NCBI RefSeq assembly: GCF_006345805.1
Contig: NC_042999.1
Span: 22,692,001 to 22,756,000, forward strand
Reading direction: 5' to 3'
DNA from: Octopus sinensis
Lineage: Eukaryota
DNA: 64,000 nt
Translations under genes and position numbers: made by a program
Shown here: piece by piece, positions 15,907 through 29,884 of the stretch
Layout of the letters: each line of letters opens with the position of its first letter
Numbering within the stretch: the stretch's first letter is position 1
The notes under the pieces: generated by a model
Seen by the model: the letters and a program-made list of their open reading frames with translations, nothing else
Told to the model about the DNA's origin: nothing
Databases searched by the model: none

Positions 15907-16181
15907 TAGTCTTATTTTTATAACGGGCTTTCACTTCACTACCGAGCGCAGCTCTGTGTGCCTTGGGTATGTGCTGTGATTTGTTGTGATGCTCTGATGC
16001 TTACTGTATTGAAAGTGTTTTGCATAGGATGTGTGCAGTGCCTAGTAGTGTTTGTAAGTCCTGGAGTTTTTGTTATGTATTTGTATTTGTCTGAATATTT
16101 TTTTATCATGTCTAATGCACCTACTATAATAGGAATTGTTTCTGTTTTTAGATTCCACATTCGAATTACCTCTATTTCCAA
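15903..16181 (-). mobile_element. R4/Dong family A short 3'-end copy
   Basis: ORF 15939..16181 MEIEVIRMWNLKTETIPIIVGAL...; matches the 9539 end; TTA-flanked. Confidence 0.9.
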
Positions 16182-16234
16182 TTATTATAATCAGCATCAT
16201 CATCATTATTATTGTTGTTGTTATTGTTGTTGTA

Positions 16235-16394
16235 TTTCGTCCGTCGCTACGTTCTGAGTTCAAATCCCACCGAGGTCGACTTTACCTTTCATCCTTTTGG
16301 GGTCGATAAAATAAGTACCAGTTGAACACTGGGGTCGATGTACTGGATTCATCCCCACCCACAAAATTTCTGTCCTTGCGACAAAATTTGAAAC

Positions 16395-16398
<4 letters not shown>
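16235..16398 (+). mobile_element. SINE-A head-truncated copy with (TTA)n tail
   Basis: TATTTCGTCCGTCGCTACGTTCTGAGTTCAAAT...AAAATTTGAAACC then (ATT)n. Confidence 0.8.
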
Positions 16399-16472
<74 letters not shown>

Positions 16473-16780
16473 ATGGATCAATTATGAGGATACACCTGTA
16501 GTATAAAAAAGTATTATAAAAGGAGAAAAGGGGTCTCTACCCCGCTTTTGACCAGGCTCCCGTGGCTTTTATGGGTTTTCCCACGAGTAACCTTTCGAAG
16601 TGCCTCCCCCTTTTGGGAATTTCAATTGTTATATTTTCGTTGTTATCTCTGGAATTTTTACACGCTTTTTTGCAAACGGACAAAACCCTTTGTAACTTTC
16701 GTCCTATGTTTTATCCCTTTATGTTTTAATTAATTTTTGTCAGCCCTTGTGGCCAATAAACGAATTAATTATTATTATTA

Positions 16781-17009
<229 letters not shown>

Positions 17010-17636
17010 TGACGTTACTGCTGAAATGAATTTTAAGAAAAATAATTTTTTTTTTATGCAACTTGCAGCTTATAATTTTTTTTTAATCTGCCGGTTTTAC
17101 TTAATTTCATGTATTTTAGTAACATTTGATTCCTAGTGTAGACATACAGTCACGAACGTTTAGAGCAAGTGGAATGAGAAGCTGTGACGTTTTGACGTCC
17201 ATGCAATTCCCTTTAGGCGGAAGCAACTTCCTTCAGATAAGTCAAATGGCGGCTTCAGTTGAAAACTGGTGAATAGATCTGATCACAGAAAAAGAAATAC
17301 TAAATAAAACAGAGAAAAAGCCTCCGGCTATTTGACTCTATTCATTTAAGTTGCGTGTGTTTCATAGAAATATTGATTGTGTTGAATAAAATTATTTAAG
17401 TGTGGTAGCTTTCCTTGAAGAAAACCAATGGTGTTGACGTATCAAAAGTAAAAATGCCAAAATAAAATGGGGGAAATTAATGAAATATAAATGAATAAAA
17501 AATATACATTAATCTTAAATGTCTAATAAGATGGCTTGAGAAATTTTCATTAGTGATTAGAATTAGGTTAGAATTAGGGTTTGGGTTAGAGTTATGGTGA
17601 TCAAGTGGTTAGGAGTGTGGTGGTACATGGTAATAC

Positions 17637-18075
17637 GGGCGGCGAGCTGGCAGAATCGTTAGCATGCCGGGCGAAATGTGTAGCCGTATTTCGCCTGCCG
17701 TTACGTTCTGAGTTCAAATTCAGCCGAGGTCGACTTTGCCTTTCATCCTTTTCGGGGTCGATTAAATAAGTACCACTTACGCACTGGGGTCGATATAATC
17801 GACGTAATCCGTTTGTCTGTCCTTGTTTGTCCTCTCTGTGTTTAGCCCCTTGTAGGTAGTAAAGAAATAGGTATTTCGTCTGCCGCTACGTTCTGAGTTC
17901 AAATTCCGCCGAGGTCGACTTTGCCTTCATCCTTTTCGGGGTCGATTAAATAAGTACCAGTTACACACTGGGGTCGATTAAATAAGTACCAGTTACACAC
18001 TGGGGTCGATATAATCGACTCAATCCGTTTGTCTGTCCTTGTTTGTCCCCTCTGTGTGTATCCCCTTGTGGGCAG
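17637..18075 (+). mobile_element. SINE-A dimer with internal ~32 bp duplication
   Basis: Two units joined at AAAGAAATAGGTATTTCGTC; GGGGTCGATTAAATAAGTACCAGTTACACACT repeated at ~17938-18001. Confidence 0.85.
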
Positions 18076-18769
18076 TAAAAAAATATGTATATGGTAATGG
18101 ATTGCGAGACATCCACTGGGTCGTTAGCTCGCAGCTGATGTGTGTTTTTTTTTTGGTGTTAATTAAACAAGTCGTAGTCTTGCGAAGAAAACTGGTTTCA
18201 AATTTTGGCAGAAAGCCACCCGTTTCGAGAAATGAGATCAGTCATTTACATCGACCCCAGTGCTCGATTAGTACTTATTTTTATCGATATCAAAAGAACG
18301 AAAGGCAAAGTCAACTCCGGCAGCATTTGAATTCATAACGTAAATCTGTAAGAAGTGCCGATGAGCATTTTGTCCGATGCAGTAACGATTCTGCGAGTTT
18401 GCTGCCTTCCTGCGTATCTAAATTGAAGTAGAGCAAGCACAGCCGTTTTGCTAAGTAGTTCGTTTTGTAATTACGTAGTTTTGCGTTCGGTCCAGTGTTC
18501 GGACACAGGACCTTGAACAAGGGATTTCTACAATATCATCGATATCGAACTTTGCTCTATTTGTTACGAGTCTCCGTGCTCCAAATTTGTACCCTACCAG
18601 TGTCAGCTTTGCCTTTCATCCTTTACAGGTCGATAAACTGAAATACTGGCCCAGTGCAGTATATTGGTAGAGTTGTCGGGCTGTAAGGAGGCGTGATACC
18701 ATGTGGTTTTCCGGCTCTTTGCGTTCTAAATTTTTGATTGATGGACTTTATCCATCACCCAGTTTAATG

Positions 18770-18985
18770 TTGGTTTCAAATTTTGGTACAAGGCCAGCAG
18801 GTTCGGCGGATTGGGTAAGTTGATTATATCAACACCAGTGCATAACTGGTACTTATTTTATCGCCTCCGAAAGGATGAAAGGCAAAGTCCACCTCGTCGG
18901 AATTTGAACTCAGAAAGTTAAAATGGACGAAATATTGCTAAGCATTTTACTCGGCATGTTACCGATTCTGCCAGCTCGCCGCCTC
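18770..18985 (-). mobile_element. SINE-A
   Basis: Reverse complement of GGCGGCGAGCTGGCAGAATCG...; another degenerate minus copy lies at ~18190-18395. Confidence 0.8.
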
Positions 18986-19600
18986 GACACCTTGATTAAT
19001 ATTACCATCCGGTTCTTATGTTCCTTTAGAGAAGCTCACTTTATGGCTAGCATTCAAGCCAAGTCTACGATTTGAGGATAACATCCGCCTCTCCGACCGT
19101 CTGCCTCAGAGAGCCCCCGCCAAATTAAGGATCTTTGAAATTTATTTTCACTCCTTGACTAGGCGGTAAAAAAGACCTGTGAATAAACGGCAAACTTCCC
19201 AATCGATTGGTTGTTTATTCGCTTCCGAAATAAATTCAATCTTTTGCTCGCATTAACATCTCCATCTGACTCAATCATATTACCCTCTCCCCAAGATTTA
19301 CATTAATTTCACTGAAAATTTACTTAAAAATCTTTTTTTTCAGTATTCTTTTTTTTCTTGTTTCATGACTGTGGCCATGCTGGAGCACCGCATTTAGTCG
19401 AGCAAATCGTCCCCAGGACTTATTCTTTGTAAGCCTAGTACTTATTCTATCGGTCTCTTTTACCGAAGTACTAAGTTACGGGGACGAAAACACACCAGCA
19501 TCGGTTGTCAAGCGATGTTGGGGGGACAAACACAGACACACAAACATACACACACACACGCACACATATATATATACATATATATATATACATATATATA

Positions 19601-20113
<513 letters not shown>

Positions 20114-20126
20114 CATATACATGTAC

Positions 20127-20192
<66 letters not shown>

Positions 20193-20384
20193 GACGGGCT
20201 TCTTTCAGTTACCATCTACCATTATTTTAGAACATGGTTGAGTCCATAAAATAGGATTTGACTACACCTCCATTTAGAGTACAGTTTTAAGCTATCTTTT
20301 CGTGGGAGAATGTTTATGTTCCTAAAACCTGTGTTAATTCTGTAACCCTTTAAAATGGAAAATAAGAAAGTCCATTTTCGATAC

Positions 20385-20740
20385 TTGATGCTTTGGGAAC
20401 CAGACAAAAATTGCTGCAGCTCGGCTGGGATGTGTTACCCCACCCTCCATATTCACCAGATATTGCTCCTTCGGATTTCCACTTATTCAGATCTCTGCAG
20501 AATAGTCTTAATGATAAAAATTTCAATTCCTTGGATGACGTAACAAGATACCTTGATGAATTATTTGCCATGAAACCACCTCAATTCTGGAAAGAGGGTA
20601 TTTTCAAGTTAAAGGAAAGATGGAGACGCATTGTGCAACAAAATGGTTCATATTTGGTTGATTAAAACTGTAATGGCATGTATTTATTGACCTTTTTCAT
20701 TCATTTAGAAATCGGCACGAACTTTCCGGACAACCCAATA
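20385..20740 (+). mobile_element. mariner transposon 3' fragment
   Basis: LLQLGWDVLPHPPYSPDIAPSDFHLFRSLQN...KLKERWRRIVQQNGSYLVD*; TIR-like end AAATCGGCACGAACTTTCCGGACAACCCAA followed by TA. Confidence 0.92.
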
Positions 20741-22084
20741 TTTTCTTTTTTACATTGTCAACATTTTTTTTTCATTTTCTTTTTGTTCTTATACTCAAAT
20801 GTGTTGTAACGCCTACTGCACTGCTTGCTTTTTCTTCTATAAATCATTCATGCTTTTAACTTCACTTTCAAGCGACTTTCTATTTTTGAAACAACGGTTA
20901 CATATTTTTTTTTATTCCGTGTCAATCCGTAGGTGTTCTTTGTGTTACACAAGCGCTTTTACTTCCAAGTACATTATCGATGAAATTTTGTATTCTGCGC
21001 CTAATAATCTCCCATAGATTGTCAACAAGCGACTCAGAATAACGATTTACAATGTTTTTGCTTCAAATCCATATTTATAAAACAATCCTTGGACGAAAAT
21101 TGCGTGCACATTTCGCTTTGACGGTTAATGGCGGCCAAACCGAGGCTAGGATCGAGCTGAAAATTGGCAGGGATACTAAATGCGTGGTGAGGATGAGACC
21201 CGCGATGGTTAAAATTCGCAAGCTATAAAGATGTGGTTGCTATGGCAAAAAGAGTGATGTTTTTATCGATTCAAGGGGGCTCAGAGCCCCTCTAGGTTTG
21301 TGCGATTGGCTTTTAATGGCCAGCGGCATTCACTGCAGGCTGCTGTGCTTAATAAACATACATTTTGTCGCGAATTTCCGGCTACTAGGAAACGATTTTT
21401 CATTGTGAAAAAACGAGTGCTTTTTGCCCTCATTTTCTTTTAAATTTTTAATAAAATTTTCGTTTTTTTAAAAATTCCTCATCTTTAAAATGTGGCCCGA
21501 ATGAAATCGGGTTATAATACTAGTATATTATATATATGATGGGTCGATTTCTGTCAAGTTTCACTCACAAAGCTTTGGTCAACTCGAAACTCTAAGTCGT
21601 AGTATAATCGAAAACGCCTGTTCAAAGTGCTGTACTGTAGGTTCGGTCTAATTTAGATCTACATGATTGCAAAGCGAAATTTTTAAGCACATAGCATTGT
21701 CTGCTGTCACATATAGTTGTCATCCCAGCCACTACATTAGACCACGATTCTTAGTTAACTCATTAAGTCCCAGAGTACTTAAATTTCTGAATATTACTTT
21801 TAAAATTTTCACAGATGATTGAAAATAGGCTAAAATAAAAAAAAAATTATTAAAGCTCATTTACTTCAAGTAGAAATGGAAATACTCGGTGTCCTATAAT
21901 TAGGACAATGTGATATAGCTTGTTTAATGTTCTCATTTAGTGTCCTATTTATAGGACAGTGGGACTTAATGGGTTACTGAAATTAATGTTTCTAACGAAT
22001 TTAATGACGTCTGTATTTTTAAAAATCTTGTGACTAAAAATTTACTTGGTCATACCGAAGCTATTATAAAAACTGTAATGGCCT

Positions 22085-22342
22085 CTGTAGAACCTAATAT
22101 GGAAAATTTAATGGTCTATGTAGAAGCCAGAAAATTTAATGAATTTTGGGAAAGATATAGAAAATTTAATGGGACTTGGAATCATAACCGAAAATTTAAT
22201 AGGTTTTGTAGTAGCTTTTATAAAATACTTAGGATATACAGAAAGTATTATAGAAAGCTTTAATGGGTTTTCTAGAATCAATTATAGAAAACTTAATAGG
22301 TTTTGTAGAAAGTATTCTAGAAAATTTAATAGGTCCTGTAGA
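22085..22342. repeat. Degenerate ~33 bp minisatellite
   Basis: Recurring TAGAAAATTTAATRGGTTTTGTAGAAAGTATTA-like units, roughly 8 copies. Confidence 0.75.
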
Positions 22343-22371
22343 TGATGAAATGAATAAAAATTTTTTTCGTA

Positions 22372-22630
22372 GGAGTGGCTGTGTGGTAAATAGCTTGCTT
22401 ACGAACCACATGGTTCCAGGTTCAGTCCCACTGCATGGCACCTTTTTTTTTCTTTAATTCATTTGATTCATTCGACAAAAAAATCCTCAAGACGGTGCTC
22501 CAGCATGGCAAAAGACAGAAACTGGAAACTGTGTGGAAGCTTGGCGTATGTTTTTTCTGTGTATGTATGTATGTATGTTTGTATGTATATGTATGTGTGT
22601 GTGTGTGTTTAACAATCACTGCTTGACAAT
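22372..22630 (+). mobile_element. SINE-B fragments
   Basis: GGAGTGGCTGTGTGGTAAATAGC...GGTTCAGTCCCACTGCATGGCACC head and the TTTAACAATCACTGCTTGACAA segment. Confidence 0.7.
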
Positions 22631-22744
22631 CTCGACAGAGATTTGGTTGTTATTTCCAGCAGACTTGCCGACCACTTAATAGGCTCTCTCGTTTCAAGGT
22701 GGGGGGGGGCACTGCTTTAAGAATCCATTCGACTGTGATATTGA

Positions 22745-23050
22745 TTTCTAGTTTTCAAATTCCGCCGAGGTCGATTTTGGCCTTCAACCTTTCGGGGTCG
22801 ATAAATTAAGTACCAGTTGCGTACTGGGTCGATCTAATCGACAGGACTCCTCCACCAAAATTTCGGGCTTTGAGCCTAGAATAGAAAAGAATATTGATTT
22901 CAAGTTTTGGCTCAAGGCCAGCAACTTCGGAGGTGGGGGGATATGCTTAGCGGCATTTCGCCCATCTTTACGTTCTAAGTTCAAATTCTGTCGTGGTCGA
23001 CTTCGCCTTTCATCCTCATGGGGTCGATAGAATCAGTACCAGTTGAGTAC
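22745..23050 (+). mobile_element. SINE-A fragments (two)
   Basis: CAAATTCCGCCGAGGTCGA... core twice. Confidence 0.75.
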
Positions 23051-23079
23051 TGGGGCTTTGAGTGCTAGGCCCTTGATCC

Positions 23080-23640
23080 GAACTACTACTACTACTACTA
23101 CTACTACTTACTTCTTTCTTCCTTCTCCCATCATCTCTATTCTTCTACTTCTTTCTTTCTCATCCTTCGTCTTTTCTTCTTCTTCTTCTTCTCCATTTTT
23201 TCTTTATTCTTCATCTCCATTTTACTTCTTCCATCATCTCTATTCTTCTATTTCTTTCTTTCCCATTCTTCTTCATCTTCTTCTTCTTCTTCTTCTTCTT
23301 CTTCTTTTCCCTTTCTTCTTCCTTCTACATCATCATCTTCTTCATCCTAATTTTCTTCCATCTCCATCTTTCTTCATTCCTTTACTTCTTTTCTCCCTTC
23401 TTCTTCTTCTTCTTCTTCTTCTTCTTCTTCTTCTTCTTCTTCTTCTTCTTCTTCTTCTTCTTCTTCTTCTTCAACTTCTTCTTCAACTTCTTCTTCAACT
23501 CTTCTTCTTAAACTTCTTCTTCAACTCTTCTTCTTCTTCAACTTCTTCTTCAACTACTTCATCTTCTTCTTCAATTTCTTCTTCTTCAATTTCTTCTTCT
23601 TCTTCTTCTTCTTCTTCTTCTTCTTCTTCTTCTTTCCCAT
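23080..23640. repeat. (CTA)n then long degenerate (CTT)n tract
   Basis: Direct reading. Confidence 0.9.
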
Positions 23641-23738
23641 TTCCTCCTCTCACGTAAGTTGTCTTCTGCTCTATCGATTATTCAATATTCCCTAGCTCTC
23701 TCTCTCTATAAAAAAAATACCTTTTAAAAATATTTGCT

Positions 23739-23777
<39 letters not shown>

Positions 23778-24099
23778 CATCTTTGACACTTTCGTTTCTT
23801 ATTTAACAGTAAGCTATTCTAAGTATCAAGTATGTTAACTGCAGATTAAGTCCCTATAACTGTATCATCCAGAATACAGAATTTCGACACGAGTTTCTGA
23901 CTTAAGTGTCAAATGGAAAATTATAGCAATCTCAAGCTATTTTCAGGAGCCGATTACTCTCATTATCTGGATTCTTCTTCTTTATCTTCACTTTCTTTTT
24001 CCTGTTTTTATTTTATTTCATTTTATTTTATTTTATTTTATATTTATCATGTTTTGTACTAGAACTGAAATAAATAGCTTCGGAGGTTTTCGTATTATT

Positions 24100-24140
24100 G
24101 AGTTTTTTATAATACTATATTATTATTATTATTATTATTA

Positions 24141-24173
<33 letters not shown>

Positions 24174-24470
24174 CATTATTATTTATTGTATTATTATTAT
24201 TATTATTATTATTATAATTATTATTGTTATATTATTATTATTATTTTATTATTATTATTATTATCATTATGTTATTATTATTATTATTATTATTATTATA
24301 TTCATCATCATCATAATCATCATATTATTATTATTATTAGTATATTAATATTATTATTATTTTATTATTATTATTATTATTATTATATTATTACTATTAT
24401 TATTACTATATATTATTATTATTATTATTATCATTCATTATTTATTATTATCTTATCTTATTATTTATTA

Positions 24471-24506
<36 letters not shown>

Positions 24507-24736
24507 TATTGTTATTATTGTTGTTGTTGTTGTTTTTTTTATTATTATTATTATTATTATCATTATTATTATCATCATCATCCTCATTATTATTATTATA
24601 TTATTATTATTGATTATTATTATCTTTTACGGTGCTAAAACGAGGAAGAATAAATAGGATCTGAAAATACACAGTCTCAAGTAGACACTTAAAAGAAAAT
24701 TGCTTCCTGGTCGGGGTGCATTTGTTTTTATTTATT

Positions 24737-24796
<60 letters not shown>

Positions 24797-24800
24797 TTTT
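24100..24800. repeat. Long degenerate (TTA)n tract
   Basis: Direct reading. Confidence 0.9.
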
Positions 24801-25124
24801 TTTTTTAAGAACACAAACAAGAACAACAATTAATATCAGTATAAACAGCAATAAAACGAAATTGACATTTTAATTTGATTTGTGTTCGATTTTTTAATTT
24901 TTTTTATAGACGTAGGCGGGGTCGATATAAGAAGAGCAACAGCAACAAAAAAAAAACTCCTCAGAAACCCCCCCCCCCCCTCAAATGATCAATATGGTTT
25001 GTTAAGTGCCTGACATAATTGTTTCTGACATAGTCAGGGTATAATCATTTAATTAAAAAGTTCGATTTGTCAACAAGTCGTTCCAAGTTCGATTGCAGTG
25101 GGTGGTAATCTGTCACTAAGTACC

Positions 25125-25705
25125 GATTTCAAATTTTGACACAAAGCCAGCAATTTTGAGGGAGGGAGGGTAAGCCGATTACATCGACCCCAGTGTTTCA
25201 CTGGTACTTAATTTATTTCAGTACCTCGAAAGGATGAAAGGCAAAGTCGACCTAGGCAGAATTTGAACCCAGAACGTAAAGACAAACGAAATACCTATTT
25301 CTTTACTACCCACAAGGAGCTACGGAGGGGACGAACAAGGACAGACAAACGGATTAAGTCGATTATATCGACCCCAGTGCGTAACTGGTACTTATTTAAT
25401 CGACCCCGAAAGGATGAAAAGCAAAGTTGACCTCGGCGGAATTTGAACACAGAACGTAGCGCAGACGAAATACTGTTAAGCATTTTGTCCGGCATGCTAA
25501 CGATTCTGCCAGCTCGCCGCCCTATTAATATTAAAATAATAAACCTTTCTACTAAACGCACACGGCCTAAAATTTGTGGGGAGGGGACGAGTCGATTACA
25601 TCGACCCCAGTGTTTCACTGGTACTTAATTTATCGACCACCTCGGCAGAATTTGAACTCAGAACGTGACAAAATGCCTGTAAACATTTTGTCCGCTCGCC
25701 GCCTT
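25125..25705 (-). mobile_element. SINE-A cluster (dimer plus further copy)
   Basis: Reverse-complement SINE-A cores at ~25125-25525 and 25540-25705. Confidence 0.8.
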
Positions 25706-25802
25706 AAATCTGTTGTCAAGCGATGTTCTGGGGAGAAACACAGATACACAAGATATACACACACATACATACATACATACATACATACATACATACATAC
25801 AT

Positions 25803-25835
<33 letters not shown>

Positions 25836-26378
25836 TACATACATACATACATATATGTCTACCAAATCCACTCTCAAGGCTTTGGTCGGTCCGAAGCTAT
25901 AGTAGAAGACACTTGCCCAAGGTGCCACGCATTGGGACTGAACCCGGAACCATGTGGTTGGTAAGCAAGCTACTTACCACACAGCCACCCCTGCGCCTAT
26001 ATATATATATATATATATGTATGTATATAGTTGTGTGTTTGCATATGTGTTTGTCTCTCCACCATCGCTTGACAACCAGTGTTGGTGAGTTTACGTCCCC
26101 ATAACTTAGCGGTTCAGCAAAAGAAACCGGTAGAATAAGTACTAGACTTACAAAGAATAAGTCCTGGGGTCGATTTGTTCGACTCAGACGTTTTAAGGTG
26201 GTGCTCTAGCCCGCCAGCTGTCAAATGACTGAAACAAGTAAAAGAATAAAAAAATATGGCGAGGAATTGGTTGGCCCAGAGCTTATAGTGTAAAAGACAT
26301 GCCCAAGGTGGCGTGCAGTGGAACCGAACCCGAAACCACACGGTTGCAAAGCGAGCTTCTAACCACACGGCCATTCCT
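25700..26378. mobile_element. SINE-B pieces in both orientations
   Basis: Minus 25700-25998 (CORE-like GACACTTGCCCAAGGTGCCAC), plus 26025-26250, minus 26265-26378. Confidence 0.8.
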
Positions 26379-26894
26379 GTATTACATCCTAGCGGATGGG
26401 TATGGCATTTTGAGTGAGTGTGTTTGTATGTATGTGTGTGTGAGAGGGAGAGGGAGAGAGAGAGAGAGAGGAAGGGAGGGAAGGAGAGATTTGAATCTAG
26501 AATCGATAAATTCGATTTCAATCTACACTTGGTAATTATTTTATCGATTCCTGAAACTGAAAATGAAATTATTTCAGCAGTTTTAAATATAATTACACAA
26601 CGAGGTGTCGTCTGAACTAAAACTATTTAATTGAGTGAATGATAAAACTGCAACAAAAATTAGTAATTGCTAACTTTCAGACAGTGATCTCGCATGCACC
26701 CTGATAAGTTATGGATGTTAGTTCATTGACCAAACTTATTGATTGAATTTATCGATGACGTTAATTGATAGAGAACCAAGCAGACCGCTTGGGAATGCAG
26801 GAACTTAAACTGCTCAGCATCAAAAATAGCTTTTTTCTGCTGACGCTTTTTAATCAATTATATGAAAGCATTGTTGTGTACATGTTTTTATATG

Positions 26895-27115
26895 GTTCAA
26901 AACTGTGCAAAAACAAACAAAGAAAAACACGAAAAAGCAAAAGCACAAGAGACAGAGATAGGTGAGGAAACAACAAACAAGGTGTATTAGTTTGACACTC
27001 AGGAAAACTGGAAAGGTCTTTGACGTTTCGAGTCTTCGCAGGATGGAATGAGGAGAGAAAACAGAAGGAGAGAAAGAAGGAAGAAAAAAAACGAAGGAAA
27101 AAAAAAACGTATCCC
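26895..27115 (-). mobile_element. Pseudo-LTR-like remnant with deleted hammerhead stem II
   Basis: Minus strand CCTGCGAAGACTCGAAACGTCAAAGAC...CCTGAGTGTCAAACTAATACACC, related to the 4274 and 63890 family. Confidence 0.5.
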
Positions 27116-27270
27116 TATTAACAGTTGCACACACACACACACACACACACATGCACACACGCACACACACACACACAGAGACGTAAGTGCATATCTATCT
27201 ATCTACACATACATATATACATACATACATACATACATACATACATAATACATACATACATACATACATA

Positions 27271-27671
27271 GGCGCAGGATGGCTGCGTGGTAAGTAGCTG
27301 CTAACACAACCACATGGTTCCGGGTTCAGTCCCACTGCGTGGTACTTGGGCAAGTGTCTTCTGCTATAGCCTCGGCGACCAAAGCCTGTGAGTGGATTTG
27401 GTAGACGGAAACTGAAAGAAGCCTGTCGTATATATTTATATATATAATGTATGTGTGTTTGTTTGTGTGTCTGTGTTGGTCCCCTAGCATTGCTTGACAA
27501 CCGATGCTGGGTGTTTACGTCCCCGTCACTTAGCGGTTCGGCAAAAAGATACCGATAGAATAAGTACTGGGCTTACAAAAAAAGAATAAGTCCCGGGGTC
27601 GAGTTGCTCGACTAAGGCGGTGCTCCAGCATGGCTCAGTCAAATGACTGAAACAAGTAAAGAGTAAAAGAG
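27271..27671 (+). mobile_element. SINE-B full-length copy
   Basis: tRNA-like head GGCGCAGGATGGCTGCGTGGTAAG...GGTTCAGTCCC, CORE-like TTGGGCAAGTGTCTTCTGCTATAGCC, internal (TA/TG)n, tail AAACAAGTAAAGAGTAAAAGAG. Confidence 0.9.
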
Positions 27672-27775
27672 TATACATACATACATACATACATCATACA
27701 TACATACATACATACATCATACATACATACATATATATGTGTGTTATATTGTGTGTGTGTGGTGTGTATATATAT

Positions 27776-28737
27776 TGTTAACATGTCTTATCACCGAAAA
27801 GTTAATATTTTTCCACGCTTGCTGATATTGTTTTTGTGTCTCCTTTGTCTCAAAACCGTAGGGCGCCTGTGTCATCCATGTTTGTAACCGTTACTGTCTC
27901 CAAAAAAGTGTTTTTCGGTCCATGTTCGTCTCTGTTGCGTTGCATTCTTTCCTTCTGTGGCTGGCTGATTCAGAGCGGATCTCAGAATTAAACAGCCGAA
28001 ATCTGCGATGAGGAATCAGTTTCTGACTGAGAACGAAGGCTTTGAATGACCCGTTGTCTATTATGTTCGTCCCTTCGTGTATTTCACGTTATTTATTTAT
28101 GTAAAGGTTTATTATATATTTCGCAGCGTACGTGCATAATAACTTCTTTATGTTTATCATATCACCACCCCTGCACGATGTCTTTAAACTTTTTTTCTTT
28201 CCTTCGCCATTGCTTCGTTGCCAAATTGTTTTGGTGCCTATTTCTCCCAGCCTCTCTCATTCCTTCTCTCCCTCTCTCTCTTGGTCACTGTTTCTTCTAT
28301 GATTATTCTCTCCCTCTCTCTCTTGATCACTGCTTCTGTCCTCGCCTTCCACGACTCCTTGGTCCCCTCTCTTCTTACCCCCTTCTCTCTCTTACATCTT
28401 CGCGACTTGCTGCCTAAGCCATTCTGTTGCATCGGCCCGCTTGTTCAACATGTCTCATCACCGAAAAGGTAATTATTTTTCACGCTTGCTGATATTGTTT
28501 TTGTGTCTCCTTTGTCTCAAAGCGTAGGGCGCCTGTGTCATCCATGTTTTTAACCGTTACTGTCTCCCAAAAAGTTTATTTCGTTCCATGTTCGTCTCTG
28601 TGCGTTGCATTCTTTCCTTCTGTGGCTGGCTGATTCAGAGCGGACTCAGAATTAAACAGCCGAAATCTGCGATGAGGAATCAGTTTCTGACTGAAGAACG
28701 AAGGTGTTTGAATGACCCGGTGTCTCTTATGTTCGTC
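27776..28737. repeat. ~290 bp direct repeat with ~667 bp period, cut by the N gap
   Basis: AACATGTC.YATCACCGAAAA...GAATGACCCG at 27780-28068 and 28447-28737, differing mainly by 1-2 nt indels. Confidence 0.85.
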
Positions 28738-28837
28738 NNNNNNNNNNNNNNNNNNNNNNNNNNNNNNNNNNNNNNNNNNNNNNNNNNNNNNNNNNNNNNN
28801 NNNNNNNNNNNNNNNNNNNNNNNNNNNNNNNNNNNNN
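28738..28837. other. Assembly gap (100 N)
   Basis: Direct reading. Confidence 1.
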
Positions 28838-28851
28838 CCACCCTAATTCAT

Positions 28852-28957
28852 CTTTTAGACGTTGCACGCAACGTTTCTGTGTCATTAATGATTAAATTAG
28901 CTTAATTAAATTAATTAAGCTAATCTACCATAGGTTACACACTTCATCAGTAAAAAA
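28852..28957 (-). ncRNA. Type I hammerhead motif, antisense-oriented copy with small insertions
   Basis: Same motif with stem III ACGTTGC-GT-GCAACGT. Confidence 0.65.
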
Positions 28958-29331
28958 CCTGGAAAGACAAATATACACGAGGCGTCTGTATCGATGCCTA
29001 CGGAATATCTGTCTTAAAATTTTCAAGACTGACGTATTCGCGCCAAACTTATCAGCAGTAAATATAAACTGCCGATTCAATCTCAGAATTATTCAGAAAA
29101 TTATCAATTAGTCAATTTAGGTAGCAAAAAATTCAATAGAAATTTATCGCTACCAGCGGCCTGATGGAAAAGAGAAAATAGTCATCGACTAAATATATAA
29201 ATATAACAATTTAGGAGTGACCCTAACAGGTCACTCGTCCACCAGAAAGAGCAGAGCCCATAACTCACACACCGCCAAGTAGTAGTAATTCAGAAATTAG
29301 GTGAAAATTTAAAACATTTACCCTAATTCAT

Positions 29332-29432
29332 CTTTTAGACGTTGCAACGTTTCTGTGTCATTAATGATTAAATTAGCTTAATTAAATTAAATTAAGCTAA
29401 TCTACCATAGGTTAAACTTCATCAGTAAAAAA
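29332..29432 (-). ncRNA. Type I hammerhead motif, antisense-oriented copy
   Basis: Reverse complement of the same motif in forward unit 2. Confidence 0.68.
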
Positions 29433-29884
29433 CCTGGGAGAGACAAATATACACGAGGCGTCTGTATCGATGCCTACGGAATATCTGTCTTAAAATTTTC
29501 AAGACTGACGTATTCGCGCCAAACTTATCAGCAGTAAATATAAACTGCCGATTCAATCTCAGAATTATTCAGAAAATTATCAATTAGTCAATTTAGGGTA
29601 GCAAAAAATTCAATAGAAATTTATCGCTACCAGCGGCCTGATGGAAAAGAGAAAATAGTCATCGACTAAATATATAAATATAACAATTTAGGAGTGACCC
29701 TAACAGGTCACTCGTCCACCAGAAAGAGCAGCCATAACTCACACACCCGCAAGTAGTAGTAATTCAGAATTAGGTGAAAATTTACTGCTGTAAGTTTGGC
29801 GCGAATACGTCAGTCTTGAAAATTTTAAGACAGATATTCCGTAGGCATCGATACAGACGCCTCGTGTATATTTGTCTCTCCCAG

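Noticed and set aside
17183-17240. Possible hammerhead on the minus strand (CTGAAGGA...AAAACGTC)
   Set aside because: Core non-canonical at both halves and no convincing stem I or II.
17560-17605. TTAGGG-like words
   Set aside because: Too few and too degenerate for an interstitial telomeric array.
21040-21520. Higher-GC segment with small palindrome GGGGCTC-A-GAGCCCC
   Set aside because: Probably an internal piece of a DNA transposon, but no termini, ORF or second copy in the window supports a call.
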